From the NCBI GenBank assembly GCA_963771175.1, contig CAVYSY010000022.1, positions 64,001 through 128,000 on the forward strand: 64,000 nucleotides of DNA, written 5' to 3'. Below are positions 20,998 to 31,586 of the stretch, piece by piece. Source of the stretch: an uncultured delta proteobacterium (GTDB lineage: Bacteria > Myxococcota > Myxococcia > Myxococcales > Myxococcaceae). Both the position numbers and the translations under genes were made by a program. A model generated the notes under the pieces. It was given only the letters and a program-made list of their open reading frames with translations, had not been told where the DNA came from and did not search any database. Positions within the stretch are counted from its first letter, which is position 1, and each line of letters begins with the position of its first letter.

Positions 20998-22950
20998 ATG
21001 AACAATCACTATCGCATGACCGTGCTCCAGGGGACCGTCAGTTCCGTGGAGCCACAGCAGCTCCGGTGCTCGCTTCACCTGCGGAGCGGGGACACCGTGA
21101 CGCTTCACTTCAGCACCGAGACGACGTTCTCGGTGCTCACGAATCTGGATGGGGTCTCCCAGGATCGGGTGCCGGAGGTGAAGGGGTTCGAGGGCAGCGA
21201 GCTGGCCCGCAAGGTGGCCCGCTACCTGCGGCCCCAGGACACCGTCTTCGTCCGGGGCATCCTGACCGAGAACGCCGGAGAGACGCGCTTCGACGTACGG
21301 GCCGTGTGGCTGATGCACTCCGAGCCACGGCGGTTCCTCTTCGAGGACAAGCAGTGGTGCCTGACCCAGATCCGGCTCATGGCCGATTCCTGGCTGGACG
21401 CCCTTTTCGGTGACGCGCGCAGCTACACCGAGGACGACATCTCCCGGAACTACCGGACGAACCTCAACCTGTACGGCGGGCCCACGGACGACAACCTCCA
21501 GGCCATGCCCACGCTCGCCCGCCTCATCTACGGGCTGTCCTCGGCCTACATGCTCACGGGAGATCACCGTTACAGGAAGGCGGCCGCGGCGGCCATCCAG
21601 TTCCAGCGCTCCTCCTTCCGCATCTTCAGCCACGACGGGCAGTACTGCCTGTGGGCCTACGGTCGCCGCAAGAAGGTGAATGGCTCCGTGACGAGCTTCG
21701 CCTCGGAGAGCGCCGACGACTTCAACGCCATCGCCCTCTACGAGCAGATCTACGCCCTGGCGGGGCTCACGCAGTACTTCCGCTGCACGGGGGATCCGGC
21801 CGCGCTGGAGGACGTCCGCCACACGGTGGCCATGTTCAACGCGCTCTTCCTGGACCTCAAGCGCGTCAACCCCGACTTCCCGGGGCTGGATGGCTACTTC
21901 AGCCACCTGGATCCGGCCAACCTGCGGCCGGACTCGCCCGCGCTCGGGACCCGCCAGCTCGAGAAGAACTGGAACTCGATCGGCGACCACATCCCGGCCT
22001 ACCTGGTCAATCTGATCCTCGCCCTCGATCCATTGCCGCAGGGTGCCGATGAGGGGATCGCCGACTTCCTCCGGGTCTGCAAGGAGATGCTCGATCGGAC
22101 CGCCCGGCTGATCATCGAGAAGTTCCCGGATCCGGAGTCCGTGTACGTGAACGAGCGCTTCCACGCGGACTGGACGCCCAACCACGAGTGGGGCTGGCAG
22201 CAGAACCGGGCCGTGGTGGGCCACAACTACAAGATCGCCTGGCAACTGCCGCGCATCGCCAGTTTCTGGTTCTCCGAGGGGCGTCATGACGAAGCCCAGC
22301 GTGCGCTCCAGGTGGCCGAGCGGCTGGCCAGGGCCATGATCACCCATGGCGCCGATCTGGTCCGCGGGGGCTGCTTCGATGCCGTCGAGCGCCACCCCTC
22401 CAATGGTCAGTCGATCGAGTTCGCCTGGGGCTGCACCAAGGACTTCTGGCAGCAGGAGCAGGCCATCCTCGCCAACCTGATCCTCTACGGGCACACGCGG
22501 GATCCCGAGTTCCTGGACCAGGCCCGCGCCGCGGCGGCGTTCTGGAACCTGTTCTTCCTGGACCGGGATCGCCAGGGCATCTTCTTCCGCACCACGGAGG
22601 ATGGGCTGCCCATCGTCGAGGGGAGCTACGCCAACAAGGGAGGCTACGCCATCGCCGGCTACCACTCCTTCGAGCTGAACTTCCTGGCCCACATCTACAC
22701 GCGGGCCTTCGTCGCGCCAGCGGGGACCGAGGACGCCAGCTTCTGCCTGTACTTCTACCCCTTGCGCCAGTGCGGGCTGCGCTCCATCAACGTGGCGCCG
22801 GACTTCTTCAAGCCCGGCTCCATCGAGATCGCCAGCATCACCGTCAATGGCAGGCGCCGATCGGATGTCGATCCCAAGCGGTTCCAGATCCCTCTCCAGA
22901 CCGGTGATTTCGGCTCCGAGATCATCGTCCAGTTCCGGAGGAAGTCATGA
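20998..22950 (+). CDS. AGE family epimerase/isomerase (N-acylglucosamine 2-epimerase-like) with extra N- and C-terminal domains
   Basis: ARLIYGLSSAY, KNWNSIGDH, VNERFHADW, VVGHNYKIAW, KDFWQQEQA, GYHSFEL: His residues typical of the (alpha/alpha)6 AGE fold. Confidence 0.8.
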   Translation: MNNHYRMTVLQGTVSSVEPQQLRCSLHLRSGDTVTLHFSTETTFSVLTNLDGVSQDRVPEVKGFEGSELARKVARYLRPQDTVFVRGILTENAGETRFDVRAVWLMHSEPRRFLFEDKQWCLTQIRLMADSWLDALFGDARSYTEDDISRNYRTNLNLYGGPTDDNLQAMPTLARLIYGLSSAYMLTGDHRYRKAAAAAIQFQRSSFRIFSHDGQYCLWAYGRRKKVNGSVTSFASESADDFNAIALYEQIYALAGLTQYFRCTGDPAALEDVRHTVAMFNALFLDLKRVNPDFPGLDGYFSHLDPANLRPDSPALGTRQLEKNWNSIGDHIPAYLVNLILALDPLPQGADEGIADFLRVCKEMLDRTARLIIEKFPDPESVYVNERFHADWTPNHEWGWQQNRAVVGHNYKIAWQLPRIASFWFSEGRHDEAQRALQVAERLARAMITHGADLVRGGCFDAVERHPSNGQSIEFAWGCTKDFWQQEQAILANLILYGHTRDPEFLDQARAAAAFWNLFFLDRDRQGIFFRTTEDGLPIVEGSYANKGGYAIAGYHSFELNFLAHIYTRAFVAPAGTEDASFCLYFYPLRQCGLRSINVAPDFFKPGSIEIASITVNGRRRSDVDPKRFQIPLQTGDFGSEIIVQFRRKS

Positions 22951-24505
22951 GTCGTCTGCCCTTGCAGGGGAAGAAGATCGCCGTCCTCGTCGAGAGTCAG
23001 TTCATCCCCGTGGAGCTCTCCGAGTACCGGAAGCGGTTCGAGGAGGATGGGGCCACCGTCCATTTCCTGGCCAATCTGTATGGGAATTCCTCGCTGACCC
23101 TCGTGAGCGAGGTCGAGGAGCCCGGCCAGACGCCCGAGCTGCTGACGGTCGACCTCGACGTCCGCCAGGTGAAGCCGGAGGACTACGCGGCCGTCATCAT
23201 GGCGGCCAACTACACGAGCGTCCGGCTCCGTCACTTCATTCCGCCCTCCGGGCCCGATGGCAAGCCGGTGCCGATCACCCCGGAGATGGTCCGCTCGTCG
23301 CCGGCGGTCCAGTTCTTCGGCCGTGCCATGCGCGACCCGAGAATCATCAAGGGGGCGCTGTGCCACGGGCTCTGGCTGCTGACGCCCACCCCGGAGCTGC
23401 TCGCGGGGCGCAGGGTCATCTGCCACGAGGTCGTGCTGGCCGACATCACCAACGCCGGGGGCCTCTACACGCCGGATCCCTCGGGCGTGGTGGTGGATGA
23501 GGATCTGGTGACGGGGCGCTCGTACCACGAGGTCTCGGTGCTCATCGATCGCATCAAGGAGCTCATCGTGGCCGGGGAGGAGCAGGCGGCCTCGCTCCCC
23601 ACGCCTGTCAGCCCGACGGTGCCGGAAGCGCCGCGAGGGCAGGGGAGCAAGCGGCGCATCCTGATCGTCCTCTCCAGCTACGGCTACTGGAGCGAGGAGC
23701 TCGTCGGTCCACTCGAGGTGTTCGACGCCATGGGCTACGAGGTCGAGTTCGCCACGCCCGACGGCCGGCGTCCGAGGCCCCTGCCTCCGAGCCTGAATCC
23801 GGACTACATCGATCCGCCCCTGGGCCGCTCGGTGACCACACCGGAGATGGCTCGCAAGGGGCGCGAGCTCGTCCCGCTCCGGGCGCCTCGACTCCCCGCT
23901 GAACCTCTCGGCGCTGCTGCCCGAGCGGCCGTACTTCAGCCAGCCCGTGCTGGTGCGTGCGCTCGAGGCCTACCACCGTGAGCGTCGAGCGGGCCCTGCG
24001 CGACTTCGAGCGGTTCGACGCGCTGCTGCTGGTGGGCGGCAGCGGACCCATCGTCGACATGGCCAACAACCAGCGCCTGCACGACCTGATCCTCGGCTTC
24101 CTGCGGCTGGGCAAGCCGATCGCCGCGGAGTGCTACGGCGTCACCTGCCTGGCCTTCGCGCGGGACATGGAGGACCGGCGCAGCATCCTGAGGAACAAGC
24201 ACGTCACCGGCCACTGCCTGGAGTACGACTACAAGGACGGCACCGGCTTCCTGGGCACCGACTTCAACATGGGCCCGCCGCCGTACCCGCTCGAGTACAT
24301 CCTCCGCGACGCGACCGCGCCGGAGGGCCAGTACCACGGCAACTTCGGGAAGGAGACGTCGGTCATCGTCGACTACCCGTTCATCACCGGCCGTTCCACC
24401 CCGGACTCCATCCTGACCGGCCAGAAGCTCGTCGAGGTGCTCGAGAACGGACTGCGCCAGTGGGGCTGGAACGGCGCCAACGACGGACAGGGGAGCCACA
24501 TATGA
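22947..24505 (+). CDS. Tandem DJ-1/PfpI plus type-1 glutamine amidotransferase-like fusion (2 frameshifts at 23870-23985)
   Basis: Domain 1 KKIAVLVESQFIPVE…GALCHG…LVTGRS; domain 2 ILIVLSSYGYWSEEL…LVGGSGP…AAECYGV…FITGRS. Confidence 0.8.
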
Positions 24506-26207
24506 GACGGACTGGAGGTATCGCCATCCTCGAGCAGTTCGTCGCCGATGGCGCGAAGTACATGTTCGGCAATCCGGGCACCGTCGAGCAGGGCTTCCTG
24601 GACGCCATGCGCTGCGTGCCCGGGCTCGAATACGTGCTCGCGCTCCAGGAGACCGTGGCCGTGGCCATGGCGGACGGCTACGCCCGGGCGACGCGCCGGC
24701 CCGCCTTCGTGCAGCTCCACAGCAGTGTCGGGCTCGGCAATGGGATTGGCATGCTCTACCAGGCGAAGCGCGGCAACTCCCCGCTGGTGGTGCTCACGGG
24801 GGAGGCCGGGGTCGCCTACGACGCCATGGACGCGCAGATGGCCTGCGACCTGGTCGCCATGGCCCGGCCGGTCACCAAGTGGGCCACGCGCGTTCTCGAT
24901 CCCGGCTCGGTGCTGCGGGTCCTTCGGCGCGCCATCAAGATCGCCTCGACACCGCCCATGGGGCCCGTCTTCGTCGCGCTGCCCATGGACGTGCTCGATG
25001 CGCCGAACGACGAGTCGGTCATCCCCACGCCGCGGCTCGACACCCGGGTCGCACCGCGGCCCGAGGAGGTGAGGGTGCTGGCCCAGATGCTCGTGGCGGC
25101 CGAGCGGCCCCTGCTCATCATCGGTGACGGCGTGGCGGCCTCGGACGCCCAGGCGGAGCTGACGCGGGTGGCCGAGCTGCTCGGCGCCGAGGTGTGGGGC
25201 GCCAACAGCTCCGAGGTGAACATGGATGCGCTCCATCCCCTGTTCCACGGCCTGCTGGGGCACATGTTCGGCAAGGAAAGCACGGCGGCCGTCTCCCAGG
25301 CGGACGCGGTGCTGATTGTCGGTACCTACGTGTTCCCCGAGGTCTTCCCCTCGCTGTCTGGGGTGTTCCGTCCCGGCGCCCGGGTCGTCCACGTCGACCT
25401 GGATGCGTACGAGATCGCCAAGAACTTCCCGGTCGACCTGGGCCTGGTGGCGGACCCGAAGCTGACCCTCGGGGCGGTGGCGGAGGTGCTGGCCGGCCTC
25501 ATGACGCCAGCGCAGCGGGAGGCCGCGGCCCGGCGTCTGCGAAGCGCCGAGGAGCGCCAGCACATGAGAGCGAGAGCTGGCCGCCCGGGCTGGGACGGGC
25601 TCGTGCGACAGGGGGACGGACGTGCCATCCCTCTTCCTGCGGGAGCTGGCGAGGCGGGTGGCGGAATGAGGCCATCATCTTCGACGAGGCGCTGACGAGC
25701 GCGCCGCTGGTGAACCAGTACCTGCCGGCGCGCAAGCCGGGGCACTTCTTCCAGACTCGTGGCGGCTCCCTGGGCGTGGGGATTCCCGGAGCCCTGGGGC
25801 TCAAGCTCGCCCATCCGGACAAGACCGTCATCGGGTTCACCGGGGATGGCGCGAGCATGTACACCATCCAGGCCCTCTGGACGGCGGTGCGCCACGACAT
25901 CGGCGCCAAGTTCGTGGTCTGCAACAACGGGGGCTACAGGCTGCTCGACGTCAATATCCAGGAGTACTGGCGGGAGCGGGGCATCCCGGAGCATGCCTTC
26001 CCTGGCTCCTTCAGCCTGTCGTACCCGCCCCTGCGCTTCGTGGACATCGCGCGCTCCCTGGGTGTACCGGCCGCACGGGTGGGCACTCCGGAGTCGATCG
26101 GCCCCGCGCTGGAGCTGGCCCTGTCGACCCCCGGGCCCTTCCTCATCGATTGGATGCTCCCGAGGTCCTTCCCGGGAGCGGATGTCGACCACCGCTGCGG
26201 GCAGTGA
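24502..26207 (+). CDS. Thiamine-diphosphate-dependent enzyme (benzoylformate decarboxylase-like; frameshifts at 25570-25670)
   Basis: FGNPGTVEQ, LQETVAVAMADGYAR, QLHSSVGLGN, GGSLGVGIPGALG, GDGASMYTIQALW…NNGGY. Confidence 0.9.
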
Positions 26208-26284
26208 GGGGTTCTTCAACGTGGGACACAGGGGCCAGGCCGGGGAGACCCGGGCCTGGCCCTTTCCATTTGGAGGGTGTTCGC

Positions 26285-26737
26285 CTACCCCTGGAGGCTC
26301 GAGGCCACCCATCCGCCGTCGTCGCGCCTGCTCAACCTGCCCTTGGCTTCCGTGCCCAGCGACAGCTCGTTGGGAGTCGAGAGCTGAGCGTCGAAGATGT
26401 AGCCGTTCGCCTGGGGTTGGAGGAAGAGCACTATCGCCTTCATGGTGAGGTCATCCACCACCTTGTAGTTGACGCCGCGGCAGGTGGGAGTGCCCGCGAA
26501 GAGGCGCTCCAGCTGGCCCTGCTCGGGCCGGAGTACGAAGACGATCACCTGCGAGGGCCCGCCATATCCCTCCGCCATCAGCCGGGATAGGAGCCGTTGT
26601 GGCAGCGGCTCGCGCATGACGGTCTGGACCATCTCGCACTTGCCGGCCTCCTCCGAGGGATTGATGAGGGCCTCGCGTGAGAGCATGCAGTTGGGGATGG
26701 CGAGGGTGAGCAGGGCAGCCAGTACGGATCGCTTCAT
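26285..26737 (-). CDS. Hypothetical lipoprotein
   Basis: MKRSVLAALLTLAIPNC signal/lipobox; AAGGAG RBS. Confidence 0.7.
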   Translation of the reverse strand: MKRSVLAALLTLAIPNCMLSREALINPSEEAGKCEMVQTVMREPLPQRLLSRLMAEGYGGPSQVIVFVLRPEQGQLERLFAGTPTCRGVNYKVVDDLTMKAIVLFLQPQANGYIFDAQLSTPNELSLGTEAKGRLSRRDDGGWVASSLQG

Positions 26738-26882
26738 GTGTCGGTTCTCCTTGGGAGTGCATGACGACTCCCGCCAGCCGCGGCCTTCACATGGGAGTGG
26801 TGCTGAATGAAAAAGCGGTGGCGAGAGCTGGTTGCCCAACTCCGCCACCGCGAAATGGCACTACTCAGGGCCGCTTTTCCCG

Positions 26883-27104
26883 TTACGCTCCGGTGAGCTG
26901 CTTCATCAGGCGGAACACGTCCACGCTGGCCCAGTGCTCCACGATCTGTCCGCCTGAAAGACGCACAATGGTCATCCCCGTATAAGACACTTTCTTCCCG
27001 GTCGCTGGGACGTCGGCGAAGACGCCCGTGTGCGTGCAGTTCCACGTCCAGCGATGCACGACCTTGTCCGCCGCCGCGACCTTTTCATCGATGACCAGAT
27101 TCAT
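26883..27104 (-). pseudogene. 5'-truncated SnoaL-like ester cyclase fragment
   Basis: Only the C-terminal half is present: DKVVHRWTWNCTHTGVFADVPATGKKVSYTGMTIVRLSGGQIVEHW. Confidence 0.7.
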
Positions 27105-27201
27105 TTGCCAGAAGGAGGCGTGGGTAATGCACAGGTTTAGACCTCACAACTCCTCAGCGTGACGGGCTCGAAACCGCGCAGTTCCAGGTTGGGTCTAACT
27201 C

Positions 27202-27252
27202 CCGGAACACGAAGAGCCCCCGGGCCGGGAGGACGACGCGCAGCCCATTCCC
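27202..27252 (-). pseudogene. Relic of the GH13 gene 3' end
   Basis: Encodes GNGLRVVLPARGLFVFR; nearly identical in DNA to 36346-36396 (GNGLRVVLPARGLVVFR). Confidence 0.75.
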
Positions 27253-27395
27253 TACAGGTAAGACTCGGTATCCGCCTCCCAGGCACTGGGCCGCCTGCTT
27301 ACCCCTCCACGAGTCAGAGGAGTGAGAGCAGCTGCGGCCCATCACCATCCCATGCCCGGAGGTCTCTTCTTCCAGACCTGGGACCGGAGGTGCGA

Positions 27396-28220
27396 ATGGA
27401 GCTGGGATTGAAGGGCAAGCGCGCGTTGGTGACCGGAAGCACTCAAGGCATTGGCGAGGCCATCGTTCGGCGCCTCGCGAGCGAGGGAGTGTCTGTCGTC
27501 ATCCATGGACTGGATGCGCGGGACGGGGCGAGCCGCCTGGCCTCCGAGCTGAAGGCATGCGGTGTCGGCACCTCGGTGGTCTTGGGCGATCTGCGCCGGG
27601 ATGACGTGGCCGCCGACATCGCGGCGAAGGCCATGGCCGCGTTCGGTGGGCTCGACATCCTCGTGAACAACGCAGGCGCCTATCCCTGGAAGAGCTGGTG
27701 GGACGCGACCCCGGCGTCCTGGCTCGAGGTCTACGATCTGGATGTCGTCGCGTGCGTGCGGATGATCCAGGCGATCATCCCGCATATGCGCGCCCAGGGA
27801 TGGGGCCGCGTCATCAATCTCTCGAGCGCCCTGGGCGAGGTCGCGCCGGCCAACCTGGTCCCGCACTACGCATGTGCGAAGGCCGCGCAATCCCACATGG
27901 TCCGGAGTCTCTCGGTCGAACTGGCGGGGACGGGCATCACCGTCAACGCCGTGGCACCCGGGCCGGTCGCCACGGAATCCACCCAGAAGCCCCTCATCCA
28001 GGCCGCGGCCATGGCGGGCCGGTCGACGCAATGGGAGGACGTCGAGCGGAGCTTCGTCAGCCAGTTCATGCATTTCCCGCCCGTCCCGCGCATGGCACTC
28101 CCAGACGAGGTCGGAGCGGCGGTCACCTACCTCTGCAGCCCCCTGGCGGACTTCATCTCGGGCAGTGTCTTCATGACGGACTGCGGATACTCCGTGACAG
28201 GCTTCCGGCCCTCTCGCTGA
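27396..28220 (+). CDS. SDR family NAD(P)-dependent oxidoreductase
   Basis: ALVTGSTQGIG, DILVNNAG, NLSS, YACAK, VNAVAPG. Confidence 0.92.
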   Translation: MELGLKGKRALVTGSTQGIGEAIVRRLASEGVSVVIHGLDARDGASRLASELKACGVGTSVVLGDLRRDDVAADIAAKAMAAFGGLDILVNNAGAYPWKSWWDATPASWLEVYDLDVVACVRMIQAIIPHMRAQGWGRVINLSSALGEVAPANLVPHYACAKAAQSHMVRSLSVELAGTGITVNAVAPGPVATESTQKPLIQAAAMAGRSTQWEDVERSFVSQFMHFPPVPRMALPDEVGAAVTYLCSPLADFISGSVFMTDCGYSVTGFRPSR

Positions 28221-28257
28221 GAGTGGCTCCGGGAGCCCCATCTGTCCGCATGGGGCG

Positions 28258-28674
28258 TCACGGGGCTCTGGCGGCTGCCCCCTCCCGCAGCCGCCAGAGC
28301 GCCACAAGGTAGAACACCGCGAATACCACCGGTCCGAATGCGCCTTGGAGCGACGGGCTGCGGCCGCGCTGCCAGTCGTGGATGGCCAGGAAGGCGTCAA
28401 GTGACTCGTTCACCGTCAGGGCGACGAGCACGGCCTTGAGCAGCGAGGCTTCCTTCCTGAACAGGCCGATCGCCAGGATGATCACGATCGCGAGGCCAGG
28501 CGAGAAGGCGCGCATCGCGAGGGCATCGGCCACGGGCGGGAGCTCCTGTCCCGGATAGAAGAACCCCGGGCGCACCAGGAGCATGACGGCGTAGCATGAC
28601 TTGATGAGGACGGCGATCCAGCCGCCGACGAGAATCCAGCGGGGAAGCCGGGGGGATGTAGTCCGTGCGTCCAT
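28258..28674 (-). CDS. Hypothetical 4-TM membrane protein
   Basis: 138 aa with four hydrophobic segments. Confidence 0.7.
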   Translation of the reverse strand: MDARTTSPRLPRWILVGGWIAVLIKSCYAVMLLVRPGFFYPGQELPPVADALAMRAFSPGLAIVIILAIGLFRKEASLLKAVLVALTVNESLDAFLAIHDWQRGRSPSLQGAFGPVVFAVFYLVALWRLREGAAARAP

Positions 28675-28717
28675 GGACTGGATGAGTTACGGGGCCTGCA
28701 TATGTGACGCCCTCATC

Positions 28718-28831
28718 AACAACGGGGGTACAGGCTGCTCGACGCCAACATCCCCCGGGCCCTTCCTCATCGACGGGATGCTCCCCAGGTCGCTCCTGGC
28801 GGAGGAAGGCGGGCATCGCTGCGGTCAGTGA
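28718..28831 (+). pseudogene. Internally deleted relic of the ThDP enzyme 3' end
   Basis: Matches 25923-25959 joined to about 26128-26207; ends HRCGQ-stop like the intact gene. Confidence 0.8.
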
Positions 28832-28937
28832 CATCCGCCGTCCACGGTATCGATTTCTATAGTGAGCCCTGGCCCGAGGCATCCCTTCACCTGAAGGCAT
28901 GCCTCGGGCCGCCGACAACACTTTCTTGGGAGATTTC

Positions 28938-29447
28938 ATGAACAAGAGCATTCCCCGCACTGGGCTGCTCGTCGCCACCGTCCTCCTGGGTCTTTTCGCG
29001 GGTGTTCTTTTCGCCGCCAGCCTGGCGATCAGCCCATCCCTGACCCTGCTGGACGCGGAGCACTTCACCGTGGTCAAGCAGGCGCAGATCCGCATCCTGC
29101 AGGTGTCCATGGCGGGTATTTCCACGCTGTACGTCATCATGGCGGCCTACGCCTTGATCAGGATGCGCCACCTGACGGCGCATCCTGCCTTCCGCCTGAC
29201 CGTCGCCGCGCTCCTCCTGGTCCTCGTGGCCCTGGGGTACAGCGCCTTCACGGATATCCCCTACAATCAACAGATCCTCTCCTGGAACCCCGCCAGCCCT
29301 CCGGCGAACTGGGCGGACATCCGCCGCGCCTGGGATGTGGCCAACCTCCTGCGCACCTTCCCGACCGTTCTGGGCTTCATCCTCCAGGCCGCCAGCCTGA
29401 TTCAGGGCCAGGCTGGAGCGGCCGGGCCAAGCCCTATCCGGGAATGA
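28938..29447 (+). CDS. DUF1772 (anthrone oxygenase-like) membrane protein
   Basis: LLGLFAGVLF, four TM helices, IPYNQQILSW…PPANWADIRRAWDVANLLRT. Confidence 0.75.
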   Translation: MNKSIPRTGLLVATVLLGLFAGVLFAASLAISPSLTLLDAEHFTVVKQAQIRILQVSMAGISTLYVIMAAYALIRMRHLTAHPAFRLTVAALLLVLVALGYSAFTDIPYNQQILSWNPASPPANWADIRRAWDVANLLRTFPTVLGFILQAASLIQGQAGAAGPSPIRE

Positions 29448-29472
29448 GAGATGGAGCCCGGGGCACCTCCGC

Positions 29473-30274
29473 TCAGCGGCTCATCGCCGCTGGGCGGAAG
29501 TCGTCCACCAGGAAGACATGCACCCGGCGCTCCGGGTCGTACAGCACGGTCTGCCGATGGGGATAGTAGCCCGCCAGGGGATGGACCTGCGGCTGTTTGA
29601 TGACATCCGTTCTCGTGGCGTGAGAGAGCAGGAAGTCCGTCGTCGCTGCGAGCCCGATGCCGTTCATGTGCCCGTTGTAGAAGAAGTAATTCTGCCCGGT
29701 CGTGTTCCAGTTGGGTTGGAGCTGCGGCTGGGCGGGATCCTCGTAGGCGATACCGATGCCGGGCGCGGTGGCGATCCCCGCCTCCGGCAGTGTCCCCCCG
29801 TTCACATAGTCCGGGGGGACCTCCTCCGGCGCGACATTCAGGTTCAGCTTGACGGGATCGAGGCTGGGATCCTGTGGAGGGGCGATCATCAGCAGCGGAT
29901 GGAAATGTGGAACATCTCCAGTCCCCGTGGGTTCATGGGCAGCCCAGTAGGACATGGCGATGAGCTTGAAGGGCGTGGCGCTCCCCTGAGGCGGCAGGGC
30001 GAAGCCGAAGATGGCCGGGACATTGAATGGCGGATCCGGCACCGAGATCAGGATCTCCTCGGTGCAGCTCCAGCCCCATGGCGGTCGGGACGCCGTGATC
30101 CAGCGTGACGAAGGTGCGGCCCACCCCATTGCCCACCGGCTGATCCGGGCCGAAGAAGGTCCCCGTTTCCACCACGGGTGAGGGCTTCTCCTCGTCGTGC
30201 TCATCGCACCCCGGGAGCATCAGGGTCAGAACCGCCGATAACAGCACCACAGCTGTCTGATTCATGATCTTCAT
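29473..30274 (-). CDS. Hypothetical lipoprotein, DUF5602-like (frameshift near 30065)
   Basis: Lipobox LPGC, FGPDQPVGNGVGRTFV; second frame YWAAHEP…VPHFH…FYNGHMNGI…GYYP. Confidence 0.6.
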
Positions 30275-30302
30275 GACGAGCTCCTCACCGGGACAGGCCG
30301 GC

Positions 30303-31361
30303 TCAGGTAAATGCCAGGTAGCCCGCGTAGGACAGGTCGGAGACGAGGGTCCCCTTGGGGGCTCCTGTCCTTCCATCGAAGCGCCGTATGCTCCCGGTGC
30401 CCGGAGCGAAGTTGGTGAGGAAAGGATCCTCGATGGTGAAGCTGCCCACGTACAGGTCGCCGTCCGGCCCATAGGCGAGCCCCACCGGGAAGGGCACCTC
30501 GGCGAACGTGCCGATCAATTGCTTCCGCTCGACGTCATAGCGCTGGATGCGGCTGGCGAAGTGCTCGGGCACCAGCAGGCTTCCGTCCGGGTGGAAGACG
30601 AGGGAGAAGGGAATCTTCACCCGCTCGACGACCACGCCCAGGAAGGCTCCGGTCCTTCCGTCCAGGCGCGTGATGTAATCCGACTCGGCGATGAACGCCT
30701 GGGGAATCGTCGGAGAGGCATATTGGAGCGTTGACGAGACGTACAGGTTCTCGTCCGGGCCCCACACCAGCGCGAACGGGGATCTCACCTCGGCGAAGGT
30801 GTCGACGCGGGTGCCGGTGCGAAGATCGTAACGATCGATGGTGTCCGGCCCGAAGCCGATGTTCGCATTGAGTGACGGCGCATTCGCGACATACAGGAGC
30901 CCATCCGGACCGATCGCACCGGTGTGGGGTGTGATCAGGACACCTCGGGCCTTGTCATTCGGCTGTGTGATGATGCGCAGCCTGTTGCCCGTGGCGATGT
31001 CGTGCTGCACGAAGGCATTTCCGCCAGGGCTGAACACGAGCAGCTCACGGTCGGGGCTGATTGCGAGGCCCGCCGTGGTGTTCTGCATGAAGGGCACGGG
31101 CAGGGGTTCCGGTCCCAGCGTCGTCTGGGAGAAGTCCGCGAAGGTTCCCAGGGATTCGCCCGTCCCGGCCTTGAAGCTCTCGATGGTCCTGGCGAGGAAC
31201 GTGGTGACGAACAGCGTGGACTGGTCGATGTCCTGGCGCGAATCATCGTCATCTCCGCAGCCCGCCAGCAACCGCCCCGCCGCGAGTGTGAGCGCACCTC
31301 CCGTGAGGGCTCTGAGGACCTCGCGGCGTGGTATCGTGGATGTCTCGTCTTTGAGTCGCAT
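30303..31361 (-). CDS. Tat-exported lipoprotein with NHL/Vgb-like beta-propeller repeats
   Basis: PRREVL twin-arginine and LAGC lipobox; repeats GLAISPD, IGPDGLLYV, WGPDENLYV, FHPDGSL, YGPDGDLYV. Confidence 0.8.
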   Translation of the reverse strand: MRLKDETSTIPRREVLRALTGGALTLAAGRLLAGCGDDDDSRQDIDQSTLFVTTFLARTIESFKAGTGESLGTFADFSQTTLGPEPLPVPFMQNTTAGLAISPDRELLVFSPGGNAFVQHDIATGNRLRIITQPNDKARGVLITPHTGAIGPDGLLYVANAPSLNANIGFGPDTIDRYDLRTGTRVDTFAEVRSPFALVWGPDENLYVSSTLQYASPTIPQAFIAESDYITRLDGRTGAFLGVVVERVKIPFSLVFHPDGSLLVPEHFASRIQRYDVERKQLIGTFAEVPFPVGLAYGPDGDLYVGSFTIEDPFLTNFAPGTGSIRRFDGRTGAPKGTLVSDLSYAGYLAFT

Positions 31362-31586
31362 GGAATGCCGACGATTATACCGGCGCCGGCTGTCTTCAAG
31401 ATGCCGGGCTGCACGCGAGGCCTGAAGTGAGCATTGGCGGGATGTCAGCCTGTTCGGGGGAGGACCTCCTCCTTCCCCGGGGCGCCATTGTATGGCGGGC
31501 ACGAAAAGGGCAGGGGGCCCTCCCTAGGTGTTGGGAGTGCCCCCTGCCCGTTGTGGATGCGGCCGGCTCGCCGAGAAGTGGAAGCC

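Noticed and set aside
23947..25695. Long N-terminal extension of the ThDP enzyme
   Set aside because: It overlaps the DJ-1 gene out of frame; the real start is the ATG at 24502.
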